Shown: positions 45,931 to 55,082 of the stretch, piece by piece
Layout: each line of letters starts with the position of its first letter
Numbering within the stretch: position 1 is the first letter of the stretch
Sequence record: MN047793.1
Strand: one strand, 5' to 3'
Length of the DNA stretch: 64,000 bases
Position numbers and translations under genes: made by a program
The notes under the pieces: generated by a model
The model's database searches: none
The model's input: the letters and a program-made list of their open reading frames with translations, nothing else
Told to the model about the DNA's origin: nothing

Positions 45931-48579
45931 TCAATATTCTACGAGAGAATCGAACAGCAAGGACTTGCGTGTTGGAATTCTTTCACCGATTGCACCAAGT
46001 ATATTTGATAATGGCTTATCAATCAAGCGCAATGCTTGCGCATCACGATCAATTAGTGGCATAAAGTGTTCTTCAAACCACGGCGGCATCTTTTTCATGT
46101 CGGTAGGGATAGCAATACTTTTAAACTTACCGAATTTCTGTGTCAGATAGAAAATCTTAATTTTAGAACCTGACACAATGCGGAGGCTTTCTTTATCACC
46201 ATAATTATCCAAACAGAGGTTATAGAAAATAGACGCAGATACGTGACCAGGGATTTTTAGACCATCTTCTTCTGCGGTACGGCGTGCAGTATAGTCCTCG
46301 ATACCCTTAATACCCTTCGGTAGACCGATATCTAGAATATTTTCAGAAGAACGAATCTTTTCTTTGTATTCAACGATATCTTCTTGAATGCTTCTCCAGT
46401 TACCACCCTTAAGCAGTGACTCGATAAATTTGGTCAACTTACGACCAATCACCTTTGGGATATTTGTCTTCTTGATCTGTAGACCCATAACTTTCATTTT
46501 GTCTACATCATGACCATCAGCATGCCATAGGTGCATAATGTACATTTTGGGCTTGATGAAGATTGAACGACCAGAGATTAGATCGAGACCAGCCTTAATT
46601 TCATTATGATCTGAATTAAATGCTTCTTTACAGAATGCAGCAAAGGAATCGTTTGTCTTCTTTTCTACGATTTCGCATACTTCCTTGGCTTCTTCTACTG
46701 AGTCAGAATATGTCTTGAAGTAACACGAGTCGGTGTCACCATACACTGTACATTCTGAGGTGGGAATAAAGATTTGTTTACCCTTTTCATCTACACCTTC
46801 TGCTGGAGGAGAATACACACCATCCATGATCTTTGCGATATATGCGATCATATGCATGAGAATTGCACGACCTGAACGAGTTGTAGATTCTGCCAGACGA
46901 ATATCAAAGAACTTGAAGTATTGGTTACCTAGAGCACCGTATGCAGAGTTAAGAAGGATTTTATAAACATACTGTAGACGATCATAGTATTCCTGCTTGA
47001 CCTTAGTAGCAGTATACTCACTACTCTTGGGTTCCATCTTGAGCATTGCAGCTTTAAGACTCTTTGCTTCAGCCTGATATTTTTTACGTTGAGTAAACCA
47101 GTTGGACAAGATAGTCGGTAAGAATCCACGAGTTTCTTGGTTAAATACAGTACCATAACCAGAAATAGTTAAATTATTCTCACGGAAGTAATCGTACCAT
47201 TCAGCACCTGTCGCAGTTTCTACCGTACCATCTTCACTACGGAAATATAGTTCAGTAGATGACTTGGCATAAATTTCTTCGTATGCTTTATGGTTTTCGA
47301 AGAACTGTCCGACAATAGTTTCTGGACTAATATTTACTGTACGAATAGCTGACGGATACAGTGAATTAACGTCTAGTGCTGCCACCGCTTCGTGCATACC
47401 TACGCGAGGCTTAAGTACAGCAGCACCGGTGAATTTACCTAAGTCATCTACCGTCTTAACTGAGTCCGGAACAATAGTATGTAATTCTTGGTGACAGAAG
47501 TTAACGATTGCGCATTCTACTACCTTTAGAGTACCTAAAACGTTCTTAAGAGCAGTGGTAGAACCGTGCGTCATTTGTACGGCAAGACGGATATATCCAA
47601 GCTTCTTTTCAAATCCATCTAGACACTCTGAATCTCGAATACCATATCGAACGAATTGTTCGAAGTCTTCACGATATAGAGAGTAAAGTGTGCCTTCATA
47701 ATCTAGCTTTGGAAGCTCTGGTAAAATTTCTTCAGAGATGGCTTCTAGAGAGTAAGACGGTCTCATAGCCATTTCGAATTTCTGGAAGGCCTTTAGATAG
47801 TCCACATGTTCACGGCCAAAGATTTCTAGAACTTGGTCAATCTGACCAAACTTACCTTCAACTTCTTTGTATCGTGGCTCCTTAGCACCTTCAAAGCACC
47901 ATAATTTCTTAGCACTATCTCCAAACAAACGTAAGCACCGTTCGTAAACGTACGGTACGTCGAAACCTTCCGAGTTCCATCCTGCAATGATGTCAGTATC
48001 TTCAATTAATTCAAAGAATGCCAATAACAAAGATTCTTCATCATCGAAGAATTGGATGTCAGCTAATGCCTTAGTCTCGTCAGATAACATATCTAGATTC
48101 CACTCAGGACCCGGCTCCCACTTACTTAGGTGGGGGGAGAGTAGAAGCATGTATGATTTCTGTGACCAGAAATGGAACAGTGAAATGGCGCTTACGGGAG
48201 CATACGGGTTCTGCGGACTTGAGAACCCCTGTTCACGATCATAGTCCACCTCGATGTCGAAGAATGAGATGTGGGAATCGACAGTGGTTTCTTTTCCGTA
48301 ATAGTGCTCTGATAGAATCTTTTGATCTACTGCAATATCTGATTCATAGACTTTCTCACCAAAATTTTTATACTTATCTCGGGTGTTCTTGAATTCTGTG
48401 AAATTTTTAAAATCTAGACGGCGTAGGGAGTTGCCGTGGATGTCTTTATAATCACCTTCTCTGTCTTGCACGTAGAAATACCAAGGGGCCGGGTAAGTTT
48501 TCATTACCCGGCCCTTCTGCGTGCGCTCCCAAACAATAACATCTTTCATGTTTAGAGAAGTCTGCGCGCTAATGTACAT
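45931..48579 (-). CDS. gp43: Family B DNA polymerase (gp43-like)
   Basis: Exo motifs FFDIEVD, GWNSEGFDVPY, YGIRDS; Pol motifs DVNSLYPS, KILLNSAYG, YGDTDS; C-tail KSLLFDSL. Confidence 0.97.
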   Translation of the reverse strand: MYISAQTSLNMKDVIVWERTQKGRVMKTYPAPWYFYVQDREGDYKDIHGNSLRRLDFKNFTEFKNTRDKYKNFGEKVYESDIAVDQKILSEHYYGKETTVDSHISFFDIEVDYDREQGFSSPQNPYAPVSAISLFHFWSQKSYMLLLSPHLSKWEPGPEWNLDMLSDETKALADIQFFDDEESLLLAFFELIEDTDIIAGWNSEGFDVPYVYERCLRLFGDSAKKLWCFEGAKEPRYKEVEGKFGQIDQVLEIFGREHVDYLKAFQKFEMAMRPSYSLEAISEEILPELPKLDYEGTLYSLYREDFEQFVRYGIRDSECLDGFEKKLGYIRLAVQMTHGSTTALKNVLGTLKVVECAIVNFCHQELHTIVPDSVKTVDDLGKFTGAAVLKPRVGMHEAVAALDVNSLYPSAIRTVNISPETIVGQFFENHKAYEEIYAKSSTELYFRSEDGTVETATGAEWYDYFRENNLTISGYGTVFNQETRGFLPTILSNWFTQRKKYQAEAKSLKAAMLKMEPKSSEYTATKVKQEYYDRLQYVYKILLNSAYGALGNQYFKFFDIRLAESTTRSGRAILMHMIAYIAKIMDGVYSPPAEGVDEKGKQIFIPTSECTVYGDTDSCYFKTYSDSVEEAKEVCEIVEKKTNDSFAAFCKEAFNSDHNEIKAGLDLISGRSIFIKPKMYIMHLWHADGHDVDKMKVMGLQIKKTNIPKVIGRKLTKFIESLLKGGNWRSIQEDIVEYKEKIRSSENILDIGLPKGIKGIEDYTARRTAEEDGLKIPGHVSASIFYNLCLDNYGDKESLRIVSGSKIKIFYLTQKFGKFKSIAIPTDMKKMPPWFEEHFMPLIDRDAQALRLIDKPLSNILGAIGERIPTRKSLLFDSLVEY

Positions 48580-48587
48580 TGTTTAAA

Positions 48588-48908
48588 TTATTCCTCTGAA
48601 TCTTCTTGATCACTCGCTTTGCGATATAGCGTTTCGTAGGCAACTTCGAATGATCCATGTTCTTGCACTAACTTATCAAACTCGTTACCCTTTGACTCAT
48701 CCTTGAATCGTACTGTCGCCATCTTCTTTAGAAACTTGGGTGGAACTTCAAGTTCTTCCTTCATACGTTCAACGATAGCCTTGATCTGGTCGTCAGCTGC
48801 TGCCTTGCGCATTAGTTGGATAACAATTTCATCAGCTGCATTACGAATTGCCTGCTGGTCTTTCGGGGTACTCGGTAGCTGATAGTCGCCGTTCGTTTCA
48901 ATACTCAT
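48588..48908 (-). CDS. dsDNA-binding protein, T4 DsbA-like
   Basis: Helical 106 aa: IKAIVERMKEELEVPPKFLKKMA..FK...F......FE..YE. Confidence 0.6.
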   Translation of the reverse strand: MSIETNGDYQLPSTPKDQQAIRNAADEIVIQLMRKAAADDQIKAIVERMKEELEVPPKFLKKMATVRFKDESKGNEFDKLVQEHGSFEVAYETLYRKASDQEDSEE

Positions 48909-48960
48909 GTGTTAATTTCCTTTAGTTGGTGACGCTAGTCTACCAAACTAATTATAATTA

Positions 48961-49578
48961 TCAAGAGTTATTTTTGAACCACGTTTTATAATTTCCAGGA
49001 AATTCGTTCATATCATAATTATAGGGCTTCATACCTACAAGTTGAAAACGAATCTGGTATAGGTCACCGATCTTAGGACTTATAGTCACATTAGTGAAAT
49101 TAGGAGCACTAGGGAAGACCACTAAGCGTCCACGAGATGGAACGAACCCAAATTGGTGATTGGGGAATTCTAGCTTACTTCCGTAAATTTCGAAAGACTC
49201 GTCAAAATTTCGATCAGAGCTTTCAGTCTTTAAAAAAATTATACCGGTGAAGTCATGATCGTTTGACCTCATCCACTTGTTATCTTTAAGGAAGCTATTT
49301 TCTGCTCGAAGTCCTTCCTGTTTACATTTTTCAGGATAGTACTCAATATTGAAGGGGAGGATACCACCATGCTCATAATTATAATAATCCTCTAAATCTT
49401 CAATCAAATCTTCTAATAAAGGGAGAACTCTGTTTTGTGTCAATACGTTTTGTGTAATAGACTTGACGACAGTACCATTTTCTACGTTAGGAAATTCAAA
49501 GAATGAGCGCGCCACGATGTCTTCGCACATCAATGGGGATAAGAAGTCGTCAACGATAAAGAAAGGAGATTTATTCAT
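48961..49578 (-). CDS. 2OG-Fe(II) oxygenase-fold protein (atypical metal ligands)
   Basis: FIVDDFLSP..C, FTGIIFL, YG.KLEFP...F.P.RG.LVVFPS. Confidence 0.65.
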   Translation of the reverse strand: MNKSPFFIVDDFLSPLMCEDIVARSFFEFPNVENGTVVKSITQNVLTQNRVLPLLEDLIEDLEDYYNYEHGGILPFNIEYYPEKCKQEGLRAENSFLKDNKWMRSNDHDFTGIIFLKTESSDRNFDESFEIYGSKLEFPNHQFGFVPSRGRLVVFPSAPNFTNVTISPKIGDLYQIRFQLVGMKPYNYDMNEFPGNYKTWFKNNS

Positions 49579-50038
49579 GAGATGATAGTTTTTTCGGATT
49601 CAATAGCATTATATAGTCCGATTTACTATCAGCAGATTTCTTTAACTTAAATGGTACATTAGTATGCTCTACTTCGTTTAAAGAAATTTGAAGATAGATC
49701 ACAGGACCTGTATCATCACTTTCACAAACATTGGTTAGTATTGATCTACCTAGAAAGGTTACTTTACCGGTAGAGCACGAAAGCGGAATACTTTCATAAG
49801 ACTCTACGAAGATTACGTTTTCGTCTAAGTCATTTTCAAATTTACTGGTAACCGATGGAGAGTCGGATAGACTTAATAATTTAACATCACCTTCAGTAGC
49901 TTCGCTAATTCCTGTGCACGACTCATCTATTTTAGTAGATGAGTTGATTGGGGTGAATGTAATATCAAGCATTTTAAGACGTTCCGGTCCTATAATGTTA
50001 AGATATTCAATAAGTGCTTCAGTAGAATCAAATTTCAT
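49571..50038 (-). CDS. Hypothetical protein, possibly degenerate retropepsin-like fold
   Basis: TKIDESC resembles AKIDTGA; PVIYLQISL..F.L...YIMLL pattern. Confidence 0.35.
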   Translation of the reverse strand: MKFDSTEALIEYLNIIGPERLKMLDITFTPINSSTKIDESCTGISEATEGDVKLLSLSDSPSVTSKFENDLDENVIFVESYESIPLSCSTGKVTFLGRSILTNVCESDDTGPVIYLQISLNEVEHTNVPFKLKKSADSKSDYIMLLNPKKLSSHE

Positions 50039-50117
50039 TACTTGCGACTCTTTAAATATTTGAGTAACTTTTTAAGTAGCTTCTTATATTTTCGGAAGTA
50101 GTAAAATGTTAAAAACT

Positions 50118-51521
50118 TCATACTCCATCACCTTGTTGTGATTGTCCATTCTGTTGTTGCTGTTGACCAGCACGTTGCTGACCATTTTGTTGCTGATTGT
50201 TAGGTTGTGGACTATTTGCGTTTGGGTCAGTATTTTTACCAGAGCTACGCAACTCTGCTGCGCGAATCTCACGTGTTCTGGCAGTTCGCATACGTGCTTG
50301 TAGTTCTCGCATCTGGTTCTGCTTTTGTGCATTCTTGTAATTACGAGTATCCACATCATCCGTAGGAAGAATAGCCCACTTCGCAGGTAATTGGGCCATC
50401 TGACGACGAACCATTGCTACAGTTTCACCTTCTTCACCCTCACGAATACCGCTGGCTTGACTTACACGAAATTTAGCGATATCAGCAAGTTTCTTAGCCT
50501 GCTTCTCTGTATCCTTTTGTTTCTCCATGGCAAGTTCCATGCTCGCCAACTCTTCTTGTTCTTTACTTGATGCAACCGCCGCACGTGCAGAAAATTCTGC
50601 CTGTTGTGCACGATAACGTTCAGCTTCAGCTTCAGCTTGAGCCTGTTGTGCAGCAGCTTGAGCTTTAAACATTGATAATACTTTATCAAGGATAGAATCT
50701 GATGATGAGGCCTCTGGTTCAGCAAAATCTTCTACACCATCAGCATCAGCAGATAAATCATCCTCCGGAGCACCACCTAAATCAGCACCACCAGCAGCAA
50801 GAGGATCACCACCTTCTTCACCACCCTCTTCAGAACCATCAGGGTTCATATCAATCGGAGCATTACCGCTAGCTACTGGACCAAATTCATCATCTTCGCC
50901 TCCTGCTGCAATAGGATCATTACCCATACCACCGGCAGCATCCCCATTAGCTTGTGAGTCATCAACCACATCATTAGACTGCCCAATATCTGCGGATTTG
51001 GTAGCCTTGTCCGCGTTGTATACAACGTCTGTAGGAATCTTGGGGAACTCTACGTCAATGATATCGAAACGGTCCTTGAGGCGATACAGAAGCTCTGCCA
51101 TCGATATTTCTTTACCCTCAGTACCAGTTGCAGAAAAAGCTTCCATATCAGCAAGTTCGTGTCCGAGCGTTGCTTCAAACTCTTCAGCTTGGTCTTTGCG
51201 TACAGTCACCTTCATGACATTACCTTCCGAATCTTCAACACCATATGTGGTGTGGTTACGGGCTTCTACTGATTTACCTTCAATACCGCTTAGACGCGAC
51301 AATACGTCTTGCATATCGAATGCTTCGTTAACCCGGATAGGAAAGGGAGTTACGTGCGATGTTTTCAGCCGATTAGCAACACGACCATGAAAGTCTTTAA
51401 GGAAAGACTGTAGACGTGTGCGCTCTTTAGCGCCCAGGCCTGGACCATCTGTACGAACAGCAATGTTTCCGGCAGCAACCGCCCCACCAATAGCTGTTTC
51501 GTTTAGCTTTTGCTTATTCAT
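50118..51521 (-). CDS. Acidic putative prohead core/internal protein
   Basis: TATAAATA 51549-51556; protease-site-like KLNE, RVNE, GIRE; Asp/Glu/Gly linker, coiled coil, Gln-rich tail. Confidence 0.5.
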   Translation of the reverse strand: MNKQKLNETAIGGAVAAGNIAVRTDGPGLGAKERTRLQSFLKDFHGRVANRLKTSHVTPFPIRVNEAFDMQDVLSRLSGIEGKSVEARNHTTYGVEDSEGNVMKVTVRKDQAEEFEATLGHELADMEAFSATGTEGKEISMAELLYRLKDRFDIIDVEFPKIPTDVVYNADKATKSADIGQSNDVVDDSQANGDAAGGMGNDPIAAGGEDDEFGPVASGNAPIDMNPDGSEEGGEEGGDPLAAGGADLGGAPEDDLSADADGVEDFAEPEASSSDSILDKVLSMFKAQAAAQQAQAEAEAERYRAQQAEFSARAAVASSKEQEELASMELAMEKQKDTEKQAKKLADIAKFRVSQASGIREGEEGETVAMVRRQMAQLPAKWAILPTDDVDTRNYKNAQKQNQMRELQARMRTARTREIRAAELRSSGKNTDPNANSPQPNNQQQNGQQRAGQQQQQNGQSQQGDGV

Positions 51522-51548
51522 GAATATAAAAACCTTGTATGTATCAGG

Positions 51549-51556
51549 TATTTATA
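51549..51556 (-). promoter_or_regulatory. Late promoter TATAAATA
   Basis: Exact consensus. Confidence 0.7.
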
Positions 51557-51558
51557 AC

Positions 51559-52020
51559 TTACTTCCTAAAAATGCTCTTTTCAGATAATACCGAGAACTT
51601 AAATCCATTACGTTTACACCAAAGGTCTGCCGCATTGAATTTAGCCATATTTACGATGTATTGTTGGTTTTCGAACATCTTAGTAGCAGAATTACGACTC
51701 TTAGAAGCTTTAGTAAATTTCTCGGGTTTGACTTCTATGATTTCTTTAATATGTTCACCAAAGCGATTGATATATTCTACACACAAATCCGGATAGTATT
51801 TTGCTGGCCTAAATCCTTCAGGGCATGGTTTCATGTAAGGTATGGCAATCTCTTCAGACCCCCATCGAAGTACATTAACATTGTTATCACAGAACTGGAA
51901 TACTCGTAATTCCCATGATGAACGAATGATAATATTGTCAGAATCTCCCATATATTTTTCGGGATGCCTAGGGATAAACCGCTTCTTACTATCATCGGCA
52001 GTAGATACTTTATTAGCCAT
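51559..52020 (-). CDS. gp4: Head completion nuclease gp4-like (TnsA-type)
   Basis: F.P.HPEKY.GD...I..RSSWE, WGSEEI.IPY, YYPD, EVKP, N.AK..AA..WC...G.KF. Confidence 0.92.
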   Translation of the reverse strand: MANKVSTADDSKKRFIPRHPEKYMGDSDNIIIRSSWELRVFQFCDNNVNVLRWGSEEIAIPYMKPCPEGFRPAKYYPDLCVEYINRFGEHIKEIIEVKPEKFTKASKSRNSATKMFENQQYIVNMAKFNAADLWCKRNGFKFSVLSEKSIFRK

Positions 52021-52741
52021 TAGTTACATTGCCCCCAACAGTACCTTCGTTATGTTCTTCGATTATATTTACGGAATCATAAACGAATGTGGCAGAAATA
52101 ACAGGTGCCTCAGATGTCCCCATATCTAATTCATCCCAATTGAATGATTGGATTTTTGGGTTAATGTAATCATAATGTACGCGAGAAAAATAATCTGACG
52201 TAGGACGATATCCGGAATTGTAGTGATGAGTAACCCGCATAGTCTTGATTAGACCATCAGCATCGTTAGTAGGTAGAGGACCTAATGAAGCCCACGCTTG
52301 AATATCATCATTTCTTAAGTAATAACTATCTCCTGATTCGCGAATAGAGATTGGACTTACCGCATTCAAATATGCACGTAATAACGTATGTGCTGTATTT
52401 TTATTATCATCATAAAATGAAATAGTTACGGCACCGTAATCTGTGCGGGTAGCTACTTTATAACGATAGTTATAAGAATTAACTTCAACGTAATTAATAT
52501 TAATATTAGGTCTGGACACATTCTTACATGCGTACTTGTTTAATGACATGTTATCACTACCCGGCTCAATGGGTAGTTGTAGGCTCGTGTCGAATGAGAC
52601 AGTGAATAGGAATTTAGTTTTAGGAGCATCGTAACCGCCTAACTCTAGGCCAGCATTAGCCAATTCTCGAAATCCAAAAGATCGATCATTAGTTAATTTC
52701 CATGTAGTTAGTGATACTGGAACTCTATCTGGCTTTACCAT
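52013..52741 (-). CDS. Tail tube paralogue (gp19/gp54-like)
   Basis: PKTKFLF.V.F, K.VSRP, YNYR.KV.T..DY..VTISFYDD, ELDM..SE...ISATF.YD. Confidence 0.7.
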   Translation of the reverse strand: MVKPDRVPVSLTTWKLTNDRSFGFRELANAGLELGGYDAPKTKFLFTVSFDTSLQLPIEPGSDNMSLNKYACKNVSRPNININYVEVNSYNYRYKVATRTDYGAVTISFYDDNKNTAHTLLRAYLNAVSPISIRESGDSYYLRNDDIQAWASLGPLPTNDADGLIKTMRVTHHYNSGYRPTSDYFSRVHYDYINPKIQSFNWDELDMGTSEAPVISATFVYDSVNIIEEHNEGTVGGNVTNG

Positions 52742-53316
52742 TACTTTGTACTTCCTGAGCGTGCTGCCGCTATAGCTAAACGTTTTGTTGCAAGTAACAC
52801 TCTAGATGAAAAGTTTTCTCTCTTGAATGTCCCAGATTTAACTTCATATCCGATGGTGTAGCATAATGATCTAAACTTTGTTACTTCAGATTGTGAGACC
52901 TGACTGGCTTTATTAACCAGTAGTTCCATACCAAGATTTATGATAATGATATCAATTAATTCATCATTTGATGCCGACTTTATTTTCCCTGGTGTGGATG
53001 CGTAAATTACATTATTGAACAGAAACAATTTGGAAGGGTCTACACCTTTACAGAGTTTAGCTAGCAATTCCAGTCCACGTAGTCCTTTAGACACACGACC
53101 ATCACCATAATCAACGATCACGTTAGAATTTTGATATAATGCTGTACGATCAGTATCCGCTTCGGGTACTACGTATCCATCATTTGATGTTACGATATTA
53201 ACTGGAAATGTAAGAGAATCGATATACGTAGTCACAGCAGAAAGATTACCAGATGCGAATCTCTGGTCAATCTGTTCAAACTCACTAAGGGTTTTGATGT
53301 AATTACTGTTTGCCAT
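52741..53316 (-). CDS. Hypothetical late protein
   Basis: ORF with TATAAATA at 53333-53340. Confidence 0.6.
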   Translation of the reverse strand: MANSNYIKTLSEFEQIDQRFASGNLSAVTTYIDSLTFPVNIVTSNDGYVVPEADTDRTALYQNSNVIVDYGDGRVSKGLRGLELLAKLCKGVDPSKLFLFNNVIYASTPGKIKSASNDELIDIIIINLGMELLVNKASQVSQSEVTKFRSLCYTIGYEVKSGTFKRENFSSRVLLATKRLAIAAARSGSTK

Positions 53317-53347
53317 ATATTTCTCTTTTTATTATTTATAAAACAAG

Positions 53348-53369
53348 AAAAGGGGCCGAAGCCCCTTTT
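53348..53369 (-). terminator. Intrinsic terminator after tail tube gene
   Basis: AAAAGGGGC-CGAA-GCCCCTTTT. Confidence 0.88.
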
Positions 53370-53387
53370 CTTGAACAGAAGTGACGA

Positions 53388-53972
53388 TTAGATAATTGGA
53401 GCCATACCGCCAGTAGCGCGACCGGACTGTGGTAAAATCATCTGGCGAGCGTGGTCATAACGAAGAGTTAACTGAATCTTGATGGTTTCAGAAGCAGCGT
53501 AATCTAGGTCAGTGTAGTCAGCATTTTCGATCCATACACCTTCAATGTACCAAATTTCTAGTGGAGTGTTGTCACCGTCTAGAATTTCTTGGGTTACCGA
53601 AAACTTATAGTCCTGACCAGCAAGTGCCGTTGGTAAACGAGGTGCAGCAGCGAGACCAATAATACGCTGTTGGCGTTCAAGCTGAGCGCGAACGACTGAG
53701 GAAACACCGCCGCCGATATCGGCTTCGAATGTGGCATTGATTGGGTCGAACTGATGCTTACCAGCAATGTAAGTGCGTGAGTTGTAACGATCAAGAGTAA
53801 CGGATTCGAAAGATAGTTTTGGACGATCACATGTAATTGCCTGGAATGTGAGAGCCTGACTATCAAGAAGACCGCCTGCACCATTAAAGGTTAGACGCCA
53901 TTTGTTCTTCATCTGTGGGTGTAAAATCTCGCCGCCATTACCGCGAACACCCATATCAAGTAGTGTTGCCAT
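53388..53972 (-). CDS. gp19: Major tail tube protein gp19-like
   Basis: ILHP.MKNKWR..F, CDRPKLSFE.V.L..YNS..YIAGKH.FDPI, W.IEG.WI.N.DY.DLDYA.SE...I.LTLRYD; late promoter AATAAATA 54005-54012. Confidence 0.9.
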   Translation of the reverse strand: MATLLDMGVRGNGGEILHPQMKNKWRLTFNGAGGLLDSQALTFQAITCDRPKLSFESVTLDRYNSRTYIAGKHQFDPINATFEADIGGGVSSVVRAQLERQQRIIGLAAAPRLPTALAGQDYKFSVTQEILDGDNTPLEIWYIEGVWIENADYTDLDYAASETIKIQLTLRYDHARQMILPQSGRATGGMAPII

Positions 53973-54067
53973 TTTTTGAACTCCCTAAATATTCTGTTCG
54001 TTATTATTTATTGTCTTTGACTAGAAAATTCAATAAATATTACTTACAATACATTAGGGTACAGTCC

Positions 54068-54802
54068 ATGAGATTCACACAGTTTTTAGTAGAAGATGCA
54101 ACAAAAAGTAGACCATTGGTTGAAAAACATGATCTTGTTCTTCAAAAGATTCTAGATGCTGTTGATGAGGGGCATGTCGAATATAGTGATGATAAAATCA
54201 GCTTTGATATCGGTGATATGTCAGATACTCCAAAGCTTAAAGGACTAAAGCTAGTTATCCGAGCAGGTAAGAGTGGTAACATTAAACTCGGTCGCGACCG
54301 AGAAGGTAATTACGCAATCGTTATTGATACCACTGATAATATGCCAGGGCGTCAAGACATTGACACATTCCTAGCAAGTAAGCCTATCTATGCAGGGTTC
54401 AAGAAAGCATATGAGAATTATATCAAAAATCACTTTGATTCTGAAAAGGATTATGGTATGAATGATACTCAAACTAAATTGCAAGCCAATAGCCGTGAGA
54501 ACTTTGAAGAAGGTTACGGTGAACTTATTGCATCAGTCAGAGAACAACATCAGCAGTACACCAAGGCTGTCGCAGAAATCGATAAAGAGCTTAGTCAAAT
54601 TGCTAATCTTGGACGAAAAAAATCTCTCGAATTAGCTAAAGAAAATTTAAAAGCTGAATATCTCGGTAAAACGGATAAGGAATTCGTAAGCAAGACGCTA
54701 TCCTTACCCGAAGCGGCATTCGTTAAACATCTTGACAAACAATGGCGTGAAAAGTTAGAAGCACGTCTAAGCAGCTTCTACAACAGCAACTACAGCAAAT
54801 AA
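54068..54802 (+). CDS. Putative internal head protein with capsid-targeting-like N-terminus
   Basis: MRFTQFLVE|DA; late promoter AATAAATA 54033-54040. Confidence 0.55.
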   Translation: MRFTQFLVEDATKSRPLVEKHDLVLQKILDAVDEGHVEYSDDKISFDIGDMSDTPKLKGLKLVIRAGKSGNIKLGRDREGNYAIVIDTTDNMPGRQDIDTFLASKPIYAGFKKAYENYIKNHFDSEKDYGMNDTQTKLQANSRENFEEGYGELIASVREQHQQYTKAVAEIDKELSQIANLGRKKSLELAKENLKAEYLGKTDKEFVSKTLSLPEAAFVKHLDKQWREKLEARLSSFYNSNYSK

Positions 54803-54818
54803 TTTAAATTAATTATTG

Positions 54819-54848
54819 TTGACATATGAGGGATTGGTGGTATACAAT
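54819..54848 (+). promoter_or_regulatory. sigma70 early promoter
   Basis: TTGACA-18 nt-TACAAT. Confidence 0.65.
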
Positions 54849-54854
54849 CCCCAT

Positions 54855-55052
54855 ATGAAATCTATTCCACAATCCTTCCTATGGCGTATTCGTGCGTTAG
54901 TAGCTGCTATATCTGCTGGCGACTACGCGTGGGGATTTGCTACGCGAAAAACTTGGCCCACCAAATGCTATTGGGGATGTGGATACATTGCATATGATGG
55001 ATATCATTGGTACCTACATATCGGACCATTTTACGCGTGCGCATACATCTAA
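54855..55052 (+). CDS. Small aromatic-rich hypothetical protein
   Basis: ORF directly after sigma70 promoter. Confidence 0.45.
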   Translation: MKSIPQSFLWRIRALVAAISAGDYAWGFATRKTWPTKCYWGCGYIAYDGYHWYLHIGPFYACAYI

Positions 55053-55082
55053 TATAACTTCATTTCAGAACGAATCTATTTC

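Noticed and set aside
45931-48579. Possible intein or intron in DNA polymerase, helicase or MR fusion
   Set aside because: Lengths are ordinary, motifs are contiguous, and no C/S...HN intein ends or LAGLIDADG blocks were seen
53915-54067. N-terminal extensions given by the ORF track (also 750, 4780, 7773, 11341, 18129, 36395, 43114)
   Set aside because: They overlap promoters or neighbouring genes; downstream ATGs have RBS and correct promoter spacing
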